This document shows, piece by piece, positions 1 to 10,320 of a DNA stretch of 64,000 nucleotides. The notes beneath the pieces were generated by a model. That model had not been told where the DNA came from. It saw only the letters and a program-made list of their open reading frames with translations, and did not search any database. The stretch lies in the NCBI GenBank assembly GCA_965250285.1, contig OZ252299.1:3072001-3136000 (forward strand), given 5' to 3'. This DNA is from Myxococcota bacterium (GTDB taxonomy: Bacteria > Myxococcota_A > UBA9160 > UBA4427). A program made the translations under genes and the position numbers. Every line of letters starts with the position of its first letter. Position 1 is the stretch's first letter.

Positions 1-3000
1 TTCGAGTCGGCGGTGCGCCATCAGCTGCGTGGGGTCGAGGAAGGTGCCGCGCAGGAACTTCAGCTTGGCCATCACGCCGAGCACCTTGAACATCCAGCTG
101 CCGAGCTTGAGCTTCGCCGGTCGGCCGGTGGTCGGGCTGCGAGGCATGACCTGCGGCGCAAGATGCAGGCTGATCTCGTAGTCACCCTCGAATTCTTCGG
201 CGATCTGCTCGGCGAGCGAGCCGTCGGTGTAGAGCCGGGCGACCTCGTACTCGTCCTTGTAGGCCATCACCTTGAAGGCGTAGCGAGCCACCGCCTCGGT
301 GAGCACGGTGTCGTCGAAGTGCCGTCGCTCGGCCTCGTGCACGCGCTCGACCAGCGCCCGGTAGCGCTGGGCGTACCCCTCGCTCTGGTAGTCGACGAGC
401 TCTTTCGAACGCGACGCCAGCAGCTCTTCGAGGGTCTCGACGGGCGGCTCGACGGCAGCGACGCCCGATTCGGTGCCGATCGCGTCGACCACGGCCTGCC
501 GGTCGTGCGCGGCGAGCCGGCCCCAGGCCAGCGCTCGCTTGTTCATGTCGACGGCGCGCCCATTCAGTTCGATGGCCCGCTCGAGTGCGTGGAGCGAGAC
601 CGGAATCAAACCCAGCTGCATCGCGTAGCCGAGCATGAAGAGGTTCGCAGCGATGGCGTCGCCGAACAGCGCGGTGGCGAGCCGCGTCGCGTCGAGGGCG
701 TGCAGCCCATCGGGCCGGCACGTCCTCGCGATGGCGTCTTCCATTCCCTTCGACGACAGGTCGAGGTCGGCGTTCGTCGCGAAGTCGGCGGTGGGCGCGA
801 CGTGCGTGTTCACGACGGCATGGGTGCGACCGGGTGACATGCGCCCGAGCCCATCCATCGACGTCGACACCACGATGTCGCAACCGAGCACGAGGTCGGC
901 TGCACCGGCCGCGATGCGCGTCGCGAAGAGGTCTTCGGGGCGCTGGGCGATGCGCACGTGGCTCGAGACCGGGCCGTTCTTCTGCGCCAGACCGGTGACG
1001 TCGAGCAGCGACGTCCCCTTGCCCTCGAGATGCGCCGCCATGCCGAGCAGTGCGCCGACGGTGATGACACCCGTGCCACCGATGCCAGCCACGTAGATGT
1101 TGAACGGCTTCTCGCAGCCGGCGGGGATCGGATCGGGCAGACCCGAGAACAGCGCATCGTTCGCGGCGTTCGCCGCCGTTGCCCCCACCGTACGCTTTCG
1201 AAGCCGTCCGCCCTTCACCGTGACGAAGCTCGGGCAGTAGCCGAGCAGGCACGAATAGTCCTTGTTGCACGAAGACTGGTTGATCTTGCGCTTTCGGCCG
1301 TAGGGCGTCTCGATCGGCTCGATGGCAATACAGTTGCTCTGCACGCTGCAGTCGCCGCAGCCCTCGCAGACGCGCTGATTGATGACGATCCGCTCGTCCG
1401 GGTCGGGGAACTCGCCGCGCTTGCGCAGGCGACGCGCCTCGGCCGCGCAGGTCTGGTCGTAGATGATCGCGGTCACACCCGGGGTCTCGCGAAGCTGCTG
1501 CTGCACGCGGTCGAGCGCGTCGCGATGGTGCACACGGACGGTCGGCGGGATCGAGCCGCCGCGGTACTTCTCGGTGTCGTTGGTGACGACATCGACGCGC
1601 CCGACGCCCTCGGCCAGCAGCTGTCGCACGACCTCCGGCGTCGTGATCTCGCCGGCCATCTCTTCGCCCTCGATGGGCTGGCCACCCGTCATCGCCACCG
1701 CACCGTTCAGGAGGATCTTGTACGTGATGTTCGCGCCCGCGGCGACGGCCGCACGAATCGCGAGATGGCCCGAGTGGAAGTAGGTGCCGTCACCCATGTT
1801 CTGGAAGATGTGCTGCGTCTCGGTGAAGGGCGCGATGCCGATCCAGTTCGTGCCCTCGCCGCCCATCTGGGTCACGGCCAGACAGCTCCGATCGGGCAGC
1901 CACACGGCCATGCCGTGACAGCCGATGCCGCCGAGCGCGACGCTGCCCTCGGGCGTCTTCGTCGAGCGGTTGTGCGGGCAGCCCGAGCAGAAGCTCGGCA
2001 GACGCATCAACCCGCCGCCGCCCTGCACGGGCAGGCTCACGACTTCGGCCCCACCGGGTCGCGCGAAGCCGTCGACGCGCTTCGCGAGCCAGTCGCCGAG
2101 CGGGTCGACCAGCAGAGCGGGCGTCAGCTCGCCCGTGACGGGCAGCAGGGGCGCGCCGTGCTCGTCACGCTTGCCGATGATGCGCGGGCGTTCGGCCTCG
2201 TTGTAGAGCAGGTGCGCCAGCTGCTCTTCGATGATCGCCTTCTTCTCTTCGACGACGAGGAGCTCTTCGTGACCGCGCGCGAACGCCAGCGCCCCTTCGG
2301 GCTCGAGCGGCCAGGGCATCGCGACCTTGTAGATCGAGAGTCCGATCTCGGCAGCGCGCGACTCATCGACACCGAGCTCTTCGAGCGCCTGACGCACGTC
2401 GAGATAGGCCTTACCCGTCGTGACGATGCCGAGCCGACGGCTGGGCGCCTCGATCGCCACGCGGTCGAGGCCGTTCGCGCGCACGTAGGCCTTCGCCCGT
2501 TCGAGCTTCACGTGGAGCCGCTGCTCGACGTGCGCCGGCATGTTCTCCCACGTGATGTGCACGCCTCCGGCGATCGTGGGTGCGTCGGTCGGCAGCACGG
2601 GCTGCACCCGGGTGGGCGAGACCGAGACCGAGGCCGAGCTCTCGACCGTATCGGTGAGGCACTTGAAGCCGACCCAACAGCCGCTGAAGCGCGACATCGC
2701 GATGCCGTGCAGACCGAAGTCGACGTAGTCCTGTACGTTGCTCGGGTTGAGCACCGGGATGCCGCAGTGGATCAGCGCAGGCTCGCTCTGGTGCGCGATC
2801 GACGACGACTTCGCGCCGGGGTCGTCCCCCATCAGCACGAGCACGCCGCCGTACTCGGCCGCGCCGAGATAGTTGCCATGCTTCAGCGCGTCGCACGAGC
2901 GGTCGACGCCCGGGCCCTTGCCGTACCAGATGCCGAAGACACCCTGCTTGGTCGCCCCCTCCATCAGGTGCGCTTGCTGGCTGCCCCAGACGGCGGTTGC

Positions 3001-3282
3001 GGCGAGGTCTTCGTTCAGCCCTGGCTCGAAGCGAATCTCGTGCGACTCGAGGAAGTCCTTCGCCTGCCACAGGTTCATGTCGAAGATGCCGAGCGGCGAC
3101 CCGCGATAGCCCGAGATGAAGCCCGCCGTCTCGAGACCCGCCGCGACGTCGCGCTCCTTCTGCATCAGCGGGATGCGCACCAGCGCCTGGTTGCCGGTCA
3201 GGAACACCCGGCCCGCCTCGACGCGATACCGGTCGTCGAGCTCGTACGCGGGGTCGAAGGGGGGCGTGGTATCGGCGGACAC
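1..3282 (-). CDS. Indolepyruvate/phenylpyruvate ferredoxin oxidoreductase family protein (fused IorAB), 3'-partial
   Basis: Absent from the ORF track because its stop lies outside the window. Manual translation from GTG at 3282 (GGAG upstream) gives MSADTTPPFDPAYELDDRY..VFLTGNQALVRIP..GFISGYRGSPLG, with FCSGCPHN, GDGTYFHSG, CEGCGDCSVQSNC and GIGGTGV motifs typical of the fused Ior family. Confidence 0.9.
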   Translation of the reverse strand, partial: MSADTTPPFDPAYELDDRYRVEAGRVFLTGNQALVRIPLMQKERDVAAGLETAGFISGYRGSPLGIFDMNLWQAKDFLESHEIRFEPGLNEDLAATAVWGSQQAHLMEGATKQGVFGIWYGKGPGVDRSCDALKHGNYLGAAEYGGVLVLMGDDPGAKSSSIAHQSEPALIHCGIPVLNPSNVQDYVDFGLHGIAMSRFSGCWVGFKCLTDTVESSASVSVSPTRVQPVLPTDAPTIAGGVHITWENMPAHVEQRLHVKLERAKAYVRANGLDRVAIEAPSRRLGIVTTGKAYLDVRQALEELGVDESRAAEIGLSIYKVAMPWPLEPEGALAFARGHEELLVVEEKKAIIEEQLAHLLYNEAERPRIIGKRDEHGAPLLPVTGELTPALLVDPLGDWLAKRVDGFARPGGAEVVSLPVQGGGGLMRLPSFCSGCPHNRSTKTPEGSVALGGIGCHGMAVWLPDRSCLAVTQMGGEGTNWIGIAPFTETQHIFQNMGDGTYFHSGHLAIRAAVAAGANITYKILLNGAVAMTGGQPIEGEEMAGEITTPEVVRQLLAEGVGRVDVVTNDTEKYRGGSIPPTVRVHHRDALDRVQQQLRETPGVTAIIYDQTCAAEARRLRKRGEFPDPDERIVINQRVCEGCGDCSVQSNCIAIEPIETPYGRKRKINQSSCNKDYSCLLGYCPSFVTVKGGRLRKRTVGATAANAANDALFSGLPDPIPAGCEKPFNIYVAGIGGTGVITVGALLGMAAHLEGKGTSLLDVTGLAQKNGPVSSHVRIAQRPEDLFATRIAAGAADLVLGCDIVVSTSMDGLGRMSPGRTHAVVNTHVAPTADFATNADLDLSSKGMEDAIARTCRPDGLHALDATRLATALFGDAIAANLFMLGYAMQLGLIPVSLHALERAIELNGRAVDMNKRALAWGRLAAHDRQAVVDAIGTESGVAAVEPPVETLEELLASRSKELVDYQSEGYAQRYRALVERVHEAERRHFDDTVLTEAVARYAFKVMAYKDEYEVARLYTDGSLAEQIAEEFEGDYEISLHLAPQVMPRSPTTGRPAKLKLGSWMFKVLGVMAKLKFLRGTFLDPTQLMAHRRLE

Positions 3283-3555
3283 GGCCTGCAGGGCTCCCGG
3301 AGTGGCGGACGGAACGGCGCGGGGCGCGCGGTGCGGATCAGCGCCCCGAGGCGCACACGACCGAGCCCGGCGAAACGCGTTCCAGCGCACGCCACGGTAG
3401 CGAATCCGGTGTTCGCGGTCGCTTCGGCGCGCCGAACGCGGCCGATCCCTCAATGACGACGCAAGCATTCGCCCCGGCCCCACGAGCGTGGTACCTGACT
3501 CGGTCTGTCACCGAGCGCGGGGCGCACGCAGCCGCGCGCATCGAAGGAGGGCCCG

Positions 3556-4410
3556 ATGAAGATCGGCGTCACGATGCACGCGACGGACAAAGCGATGCCC
3601 GTGCCCGAGCTGGCACGCGAAGCCGACGCACGCGGGTTTCATTCGCTGCTCGTTCCCGAGCACACGCACATTCCCACGAGCCGACGCACCCCGGCGCCCA
3701 CCGGCACCGACGAGCTCGCCGAGGAGTACCTGCGCAGCCCCGACCCGTACATCGCGCTCGCGGCGGCCGCGTCGGTCACCGAACACATCAGGCTCGGTAC
3801 GGGGATCGGCCTGCCGGCTCAGCATGACCCGATCACGTTCGCGAAAGAGCTCGCAACGCTCGATCTGGTGTCGAACGGGCGATTGGTCTTCGGCATCGGC
3901 TTCGGCTGGAACCACGAGGAGATGGAGAACCACGGCATCGACGTGAAGCGCCGCCGGGCCCTGGTGCGCGAGAAGATGCTCGCCATGCAGGCGCTCTGGG
4001 CGAATGAGCGGGCCCACTTCGAAGGCGAGTACGTCCGCTTCACCGAGAGCTGGCAGTGGCCCAAACCCGTACAGCAGCCCCGCCCCACCGTCCTGATCGG
4101 CGGCGGCGCGGGCCCGAAGCTCTTCGCGCACATCGTCGAGTACGCAGATGGCTGGATGCCGATCGGCGGCGCCGGCCTGAAGCAGGATCTGCCCCGACTG
4201 CGCGGCCTGTTCGAGGAGGCGGGCCGCGACCCGGCGAAGCTCGAGGTCGTGCCGATGGGCGTGCTCCCCCAGCGCGACAAGCTCGAGTACTACCGTTCGC
4301 TGGGCGTCACCGAAGCCGTGCTCCGCCTGCCCTCCGCCCCGCGCGACGAGGTCATGCCGATCCTCGACACGTTCGTCGAGCACCTCGAATGGGCCCGCGG
4401 CGCGGCGTGA
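3556..4410 (+). CDS. LLM-class (probably F420-dependent, Rv2161c/TIGR03619-like) oxidoreductase
   Basis: PEHTHIP, DPYIAL, LDLVSNGR, GIGFGWN..E, PKPVQQPRP motifs; GAAGGAGG RBS. Confidence 0.85.
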   Translation: MKIGVTMHATDKAMPVPELAREADARGFHSLLVPEHTHIPTSRRTPAPTGTDELAEEYLRSPDPYIALAAAASVTEHIRLGTGIGLPAQHDPITFAKELATLDLVSNGRLVFGIGFGWNHEEMENHGIDVKRRRALVREKMLAMQALWANERAHFEGEYVRFTESWQWPKPVQQPRPTVLIGGGAGPKLFAHIVEYADGWMPIGGAGLKQDLPRLRGLFEEAGRDPAKLEVVPMGVLPQRDKLEYYRSLGVTEAVLRLPSAPRDEVMPILDTFVEHLEWARGAA

Positions 4411-4484
4411 TCGCACCGCCGCGTCGTCGAGTACGACGACTTTTCTCAGCCGGGGCGCGATCTTCGCGGTTTGGCGGCTCGAAA

Positions 4485-4513
4485 GAGATACGATACGCTG
4501 CGGCTCGTATCTC
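4485..4513. promoter_or_regulatory. Inverted repeat GAGATACGA-N11-TCGTATCTC, possible operator upstream of the ACAD operon
   Basis: Perfect 9-bp arms in the intergenic region, overlapping -10-like TACGAT/TACGCT hexamers. Confidence 0.4.
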
Positions 4514-4686
4514 GGCCCTCAGGGCCACACCGGCACCGGCCCCCCGCCCTGGCCCTCGCCCACCGACGCTGCTTCTCGACGTTCTCGACGAGAGCAGCGC
4601 GCGGTCTGGCGGCGGCACCCGGCTCGGGTGTCTCCGCCGAACCCCGCGCGCCGCGCGTCGGCACGCCGTTCATCAGGAGCCTCGAC

Positions 4687-5880
4687 TTGGATCTCCGCTA
4701 CACGCCCGAAGAAGAGAAGTTTCGCAAGGAGCTGCGCAACTGGCTCGCCCAAGAGGTGCCCGCGCACGGCGAAGCGCCTTCGTATCACGATTGGGACGCG
4801 CGCCGCGCCTATGACACCGGCTGGCAGAAGAAGCTCTTCGACGCGGGCTACGCAGGCATCAACTGGCCGAAGGAATACGGCGGCCGAGACGCTTCGCTCG
4901 TCGAGCAGCTGATCTACTACGAAGAGATCGCGCGCGCGAAGGCGCCCTACGTCGGCGTCAACTTCGTCGGCACGCTGCACGGCGGCCCCACCGTCATCTC
5001 CGAGGGCACGCCCGAGCAGAAGGCTCGACACGTGCCGCAGATCCTGTCGGGAGAGCAGGTGTGGTGCCAGGGGTTCAGTGAGCCCGGGGCCGGCAGTGAC
5101 CTGGCTGCACTCTCGACCCGAGCGGTGCGCGACGGCGATCACTACGTCGTCAACGGCCACAAGATCTGGTGTTCGTTCGCCCAGGTCGCCGACTACTGCG
5201 AGCTGCTCGTGCGCACTGACTTCGAGGCGAAGAAGCACGCCGGCATCAGCTGGCTGATCATGCCGATGGATCTCGAAGGCATCGAGATTCGCCCGCTGCC
5301 GACGCTCGTCGGCGAGGGCGAGTTCAGCGAGGTCTTCCTCGAGGACGTGCGGGTGCCGGTCGACAACCTGGTCGGCGAAGAGAACGATGGCTGGCGCGTA
5401 ACGAACGTGACGCTGCGCTTCGAGCGAGGCACCGCGTTCGCGAGCGACATGGTGCAGATGCAGCAGTTCATGCAGGATCTCAAGGAGGTCGCGAACAAGG
5501 TGACCCGCCACGACGCCGCCGCATGGGAAGACCGCGCGCTGCGCAAGGAGGTCGGCCACCTCGCAGCCGAGATCGACGCGCTCTGGGCGATGGTGAAGCT
5601 GAGCGTGTGCGAGGCGACCGAGACCGGCGTGCCCGGCCTGGGCGGCTCGGCGATCAAGCTCTTCTACACCGAGCTCTATCAGAAGGTCGGCGAGCTCTCG
5701 ATGAAGCTGCTCGGCCGCGCCGCGCTCTCGCGCGACGACGTAGCCGATCTGCCGAGCGGCTACTTCCTGCACCGCGCGCTCCAGAGCCTGTCGCTCACGA
5801 TCGCAGCGGGCACGTCGCAGATTCAGCGCAACATCATCGGTGAGCGCGTGCTCGGCCTACCGAAGGAGCCGCGGCCCTAG
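4687..5880 (+). CDS. Acyl-CoA dehydrogenase (large subunit of a probable heteromeric ACAD)
   Basis: TTG start after AGGAG; WPKEYGG, WCQGFSEPGAGSDLAAL, NGHKIW, TIAAGTSQIQRNIIGERVLGLP. Confidence 0.92.
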   Translation: MDLRYTPEEEKFRKELRNWLAQEVPAHGEAPSYHDWDARRAYDTGWQKKLFDAGYAGINWPKEYGGRDASLVEQLIYYEEIARAKAPYVGVNFVGTLHGGPTVISEGTPEQKARHVPQILSGEQVWCQGFSEPGAGSDLAALSTRAVRDGDHYVVNGHKIWCSFAQVADYCELLVRTDFEAKKHAGISWLIMPMDLEGIEIRPLPTLVGEGEFSEVFLEDVRVPVDNLVGEENDGWRVTNVTLRFERGTAFASDMVQMQQFMQDLKEVANKVTRHDAAAWEDRALRKEVGHLAAEIDALWAMVKLSVCEATETGVPGLGGSAIKLFYTELYQKVGELSMKLLGRAALSRDDVADLPSGYFLHRALQSLSLTIAAGTSQIQRNIIGERVLGLPKEPRP

Positions 5881-5922
5881 CGCGAACGGCGGCCCCCTCT
5901 TTCTCTACTCAGGAGACCCCCT

Positions 5923-6909
5923 TTGGACTTCCAGCTCAGCGACGACCAGAAGGCCCTGCGTGACACGCTGCGCGACTTTCTCGACGGTACCTTTCCGGTC
6001 GAGAAGCTCGTCGAGTTCGAGAAGAGCACGGCGCTCGACCGCGACCTCTGGGCCTCGCTGGCCGAGATGGGCGTCTTCGGCCTGCGACTGGCTGAAGACG
6101 ATGGTGGCGTCGGGCTCGGCAGCGCCGACGCCGTGATCGTGTTCGCCGAGCTCGGGCGTCGACTCATCCCCGGCCCCCTCGCATGGACGCACCTCGCGGC
6201 CGGCTTCATCGACGGGGCCGCTGCGGGTGAGACGATCGTCGGCGGGCTCGACCTGTGCGGCGCCGATGCAGGAGAGCCCTACCTCGTCGAGCACCTCGAC
6301 TCGATCGACGTATTGCTGCTGCTGCGCCCGGATGGCGTGTACCGCGTCGATCCGAAGGCGCTCTCGGGTACGCCGGTCGAGACACCGCTCGATCCGCACA
6401 CGCCGCTCACGCACGTGAAGGCGCTGCCCGAAGGCGAGCAGGTGCTCGATGCGACGGGCGCGGCAAAGCTTCGCTTCGAAGGCGCGGCCCTCGTGAGCGG
6501 GCAGCTGCTCGGCATCGCCGAGGCGAGCCTCGAGCTCGCCAATGCGTACGCCAAGGAGCGCGAGCAGTTCAACCGACCGATCGGTGGATTCCAGGCGATG
6601 AAGCACATGCTCGCCGACATGTTCGTTCGCCAGGAGGTATGCCGCGCGGCCGCCTACAATGCCGGGGCGAGCCTCGACGCGCCCGACGTGGCCTCGGTCG
6701 ACCGCGCCGTGTCGTCCGCCAAGGTCACTTGCGGTGAAGCCGCACTGCGCAATGCCCGCGCCTGCATTCAAGTGCACGGCGGCATGGGCTACACGTGGGA
6801 GGTGCCGGCCCACTTCTTCATGAAGCGCACCTGGGTGCTCTCGAGCGTCTTCGGCGACGAAGACGAGCATGCGCTTCGCTGCGCCGACCTCATCGGCGCC
6901 GAAGCCTGA
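5923..6909 (+). CDS. Acyl-CoA dehydrogenase (short partner subunit)
   Basis: 328 aa; REQFNRPIGGFQAMKH, IQVHGGMGYTWE; truncated middle domain typical of alpha2beta2 ACAD partners. Confidence 0.88.
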   Translation: MDFQLSDDQKALRDTLRDFLDGTFPVEKLVEFEKSTALDRDLWASLAEMGVFGLRLAEDDGGVGLGSADAVIVFAELGRRLIPGPLAWTHLAAGFIDGAAAGETIVGGLDLCGADAGEPYLVEHLDSIDVLLLLRPDGVYRVDPKALSGTPVETPLDPHTPLTHVKALPEGEQVLDATGAAKLRFEGAALVSGQLLGIAEASLELANAYAKEREQFNRPIGGFQAMKHMLADMFVRQEVCRAAAYNAGASLDAPDVASVDRAVSSAKVTCGEAALRNARACIQVHGGMGYTWEVPAHFFMKRTWVLSSVFGDEDEHALRCADLIGAEA

Positions 6910-7060
6910 GCGCAGCGCCCGAATCGAGCACTGCGCGCGGGCCGGGCCCGCCGATCCGAATTCGACGGCCTCAGGCTGAGGCCGCACCGTCATGCGGCGC
7001 CGAACTCGGCGCCCCGAACACAGCGCGCCCGCGTCGGCGCGCAATCGAAGGAGCAACGCC

Positions 7061-7951
7061 ATGGGTGTTCTCGAGGGACGCGGCGCCGTCGTCACCGGCG
7101 GTGGCCGGGGCATCGGCCGTGGGCACTGCCTGCACCTCGCCGAGCAGGGCGCGGGGGTCATCGTCAACGACATCGATCTCGAGGCCGCCAAGGAGGTGGT
7201 CGAGGAGATCACCAAGGCCGGCGGCAAGGCCGAGCCCGATACGAGCGACATCTCGAGCCGTGACGGCGCGGCCGCCCTCGTCGGTCACTGCGTCGACAGC
7301 TTCGGCAACATCCAGGCCGTGGTGAACAACGCCGGGAACGTGCGCGACCGGTCGTTCCTCAAGATGAGCGACGACGACTTCATGAGCGTGCTCAAGGTGC
7401 ACCAGTTCGGCACGTTCGCCGTGAGCCAGGAGGGCGCCCAGCGCATGCGCGAGCAGGGCACCGGCGGCTCGATCGTGAACACGGTCTCGGCGGCCCACTT
7501 CGGCAACTTCGGCCAGACGAACTACGCGGGCAGCAAGGGCGCCATCGCGTCGATGACCTACACGTGGGCGCTCGAGCTCGCTCGCTATGGCATTCGCGTG
7601 AACGCGATCAGCCCGACCGGCACGACGCGCATGAGCGCCACGTACAAGGGCCCCGACGGCAAGGACGTCGAGCTGCCCTTCATCGACCCGACGCGCAACG
7701 GCGCCTTCGTCGCCTACCTCTGCAGCGACGCCGCGAAGTGGATCAGTGGCCAGATCTTCGGCACAGGCGGCGAGCGCGTCGTCATGCTGAAGCAGCCGAC
7801 GTATGGCACCGGGATCTACAAGACGGGCGGATGGGGCGTCGACGATCTGGTCGAGAGCTTCGAGCAGATGATGAAGAAAGAGATGGAGCCCGTCGGCCTG
7901 ATGAAGAACCCCTACCCCTTCTACGACGGCGTCGAGCCGAAGGCCAAGTAG
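7061..7951 (+). CDS. SDR family NAD(P)-dependent oxidoreductase (3-hydroxyacyl-CoA dehydrogenase-like)
   Basis: TGGGRGIG, NNAG, YAGSK; start taken at ATG 7061 after GAAGGAG. Confidence 0.9.
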   Translation: MGVLEGRGAVVTGGGRGIGRGHCLHLAEQGAGVIVNDIDLEAAKEVVEEITKAGGKAEPDTSDISSRDGAAALVGHCVDSFGNIQAVVNNAGNVRDRSFLKMSDDDFMSVLKVHQFGTFAVSQEGAQRMREQGTGGSIVNTVSAAHFGNFGQTNYAGSKGAIASMTYTWALELARYGIRVNAISPTGTTRMSATYKGPDGKDVELPFIDPTRNGAFVAYLCSDAAKWISGQIFGTGGERVVMLKQPTYGTGIYKTGGWGVDDLVESFEQMMKKEMEPVGLMKNPYPFYDGVEPKAK

Positions 7952-8018
7952 AACCGGTCGGGCTCGAATGGCCGCGCACGGGCGCGGCCCCGCCCTCGGC
8001 TCATCACGGAGCGCTTCG

Positions 8019-9431
8019 ATGATCGGCATCCTCTCCTACGGCGCCTACGTGCCGCCCACCCGACTCCCGCTCGGCGCCATTGGCGGGCGCAAAGCGAAGG
8101 AAGGGGGCCCCGAGAAGGCCGTCGCGTGGGCGGACGAGGATTCGATCACGCTGGCGGTCGCCGCCGGCATCCACTGCCTCGAAGGCATCGACCGCGAGAC
8201 CGTCGACGGCGTGCTCTTCGCGACGACGACGCACCCGTTCGCCGAGAAGCAGGGGTCGGCGCTCGTCGCCAAGGCGCTCGACCTGCCGGCCCACGTGCGC
8301 ACCGCCGACTACACCGGCTCGCTGCGGGCGGGCACCGAGGCGCTGCGCGCGGGCATCGATGCGGTGAAGGCGGGCAGCGCAAAGCAGGTCCTCGTGATCG
8401 CCAGCGACTGCCGCCCCGTCGCACCGGGCAGCCCCCTCGAAGCCAACTTCGGGGATGGCGCCGCGGCGTTCCTCGTGGGCGAGGGCGACGCGCTGGTCGA
8501 GCTCGACGACTCGTTCACTGTGAGCGATGCCATCGTCGACGTGTGGCGCACCCGCGGCGACGACTTCACGCACAGCTGGGAGGATCGCTTCGTCGTGCAG
8601 GAGGGCTATACGCCCCGCATGCTCGAGGCCGTGAAGGGCCTGCTCGACAAAACGGGGCGCAGCATCGGCGACTTCGCGAAGGTCGCGCTCTACGGCCCCG
8701 ACAAGCGCAGCCATGGTGGCGTCGTGCGGGCGCTGCGCCTCGACAAAGAGCAGCTCGTCGATGCGCTCTTCGGCCGCGTCGGTAACGCCGGCACGGCGGC
8801 GGCGCCGCTCCAGCTCGCGCTGGCGCTCGAGACGCTCCAGCCCGGCGAGCGTGCGCTACTCGCAGGCTACGGCGACGGCGCCGAAGCCCTCGCCTTCTCG
8901 TCGCCGGCCGGCGCGCAGGGCGTCGCGCCGCGGCGCGGGGTGTCGTGGCACCTCGACCGGGGCCGCCCCGTCACCTACGACCAGTACCTTGCGAGCCGCG
9001 GCCTCAAGGTGACCGAGTGGGAGCGACCCAAGGACGCCGGGCTCTCGGCGACCGTGCACTTCCGCTACCGCGACGACGAGCTCTCGTTCAAGGCGCAGCA
9101 GTGCCGAAAGTGCGGGGCGGTGCAGTTCCCCGCGCAGCGCGTCTGCGAGACGTGCTTCGCGAAGGACGAATTCGACCAGATCCGACTCTCCGACCGCATC
9201 GGGAAGGTCGTGACGTATACCTTCGACTACTTCTTCCCCACGCCCGAGCCGCCGACGGTCGTCTCGATCATCGACGTCGACGGCGCCCGCATCCACATGC
9301 AGATCGCGAACGTGCGCGCCGAGGACGTGAAGATCGGTCTGCCCGTCGACTTCAGCTTCCGACGCATCCACGAGGTCGGCCACCGGCCGAACTACTACTG
9401 GAAGGCCACACCGGCCGAATCAGCCGACTGA
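8019..9431 (+). CDS. HMG-CoA synthase-like domain fused to DUF35 (Zn-ribbon + OB-fold)
   Basis: N-terminal YGAYVP..DEDSITLA..GDGAAA..GN; C-terminal CRKC..FP..VCETC rubredoxin-like ribbon plus OB fold ending YYWKA. Confidence 0.85.
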   Translation: MIGILSYGAYVPPTRLPLGAIGGRKAKEGGPEKAVAWADEDSITLAVAAGIHCLEGIDRETVDGVLFATTTHPFAEKQGSALVAKALDLPAHVRTADYTGSLRAGTEALRAGIDAVKAGSAKQVLVIASDCRPVAPGSPLEANFGDGAAAFLVGEGDALVELDDSFTVSDAIVDVWRTRGDDFTHSWEDRFVVQEGYTPRMLEAVKGLLDKTGRSIGDFAKVALYGPDKRSHGGVVRALRLDKEQLVDALFGRVGNAGTAAAPLQLALALETLQPGERALLAGYGDGAEALAFSSPAGAQGVAPRRGVSWHLDRGRPVTYDQYLASRGLKVTEWERPKDAGLSATVHFRYRDDELSFKAQQCRKCGAVQFPAQRVCETCFAKDEFDQIRLSDRIGKVVTYTFDYFFPTPEPPTVVSIIDVDGARIHMQIANVRAEDVKIGLPVDFSFRRIHEVGHRPNYYWKATPAESAD

Positions 9432-9476
9432 GCGATCCGCTTCACGCTGCCGCCTCCCTCACGCTCCGGAGATCCG

Positions 9477-10280
9477 ATGACCTTCGAGACCCTGCTCTAC
9501 GACGTCGAAGACGGTGTGGCCACCGTGACGCTCAACCGCCCCGAGCGACACAATGCGTTCAACGAGAAGATGGCCGGCGAGCTGAAGACGGCCTGGCACG
9601 CCATCCAGACGAGCCCCGACGTCGTGTGCGCCATCGTGACGGGCAGCGGCGAGAAGGCCTTCTGCACCGGCATGGACGTGATGGACATCGCCTCGGGCGA
9701 TGCCCAGGGCAGCGGGCGCGTCCCCCGCGACGAAGCGCCGTGGAACCACCTGACCGCGATCCAGAACAAGTGCTGGAAGCCCGTGATCACGGCCGTGAAC
9801 GGCATGGTCGTGGGCGGGGGGCTGCACTTCATCGCCGACAGCGACCTCATCGTCTGCGCCGAGCACGCCACGTTCTTCGACACGCACGTCAAGGTCGGTC
9901 TGATCGCGGGGATGGAGCCCGTCGGGCTCGCGCGCCGCATCCCGCTCGAGGCGGTGCTGCGCATGGCGCTGCTCGGTGGTAGCGAGCGCATGACCGCGGC
10001 TCAGGCGAAGGAGCTCGGGCTGGTCGGCGAGGTGCTGCCCGCCGATCAGGTGCTGCCGCGCGCCCGCGATCTCGCGAGCATGATCGCGCAGCACTCGCCG
10101 ACGTCGCTCGCCCGCACGAAGCGCACGATCTGGGAGAGCCTCGACAAGGGGCTCGAAGACGCCCTCGACGACACGTGGGAGCTGATCAACGTGCACGTCG
10201 ATTGCCCCGACCTCGACGAAGGCGCCAAGGCCTTCGCCGAGAAGCGCAAGCCGAAGTGGGCGCCCTACACCGGCGAGTGA
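9477..10280 (+). CDS. Enoyl-CoA hydratase/isomerase family protein
   Basis: LNRPERHNA, AFCTGMD, KPVITAVNGMVVGGG, EGAKAFAEKRKP. Confidence 0.9.
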   Translation: MTFETLLYDVEDGVATVTLNRPERHNAFNEKMAGELKTAWHAIQTSPDVVCAIVTGSGEKAFCTGMDVMDIASGDAQGSGRVPRDEAPWNHLTAIQNKCWKPVITAVNGMVVGGGLHFIADSDLIVCAEHATFFDTHVKVGLIAGMEPVGLARRIPLEAVLRMALLGGSERMTAAQAKELGLVGEVLPADQVLPRARDLASMIAQHSPTSLARTKRTIWESLDKGLEDALDDTWELINVHVDCPDLDEGAKAFAEKRKPKWAPYTGE

Positions 10281-10320
10281 GCAGACCCGCCCTGCCCCCG
10301 ATCCACACGGAGACCCCGTC

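Noticed and set aside
958..3456. 832-aa + strand ORF
   Set aside because: Antisense shadow of the minus-strand Ior gene; no motifs, typical of high-GC DNA.
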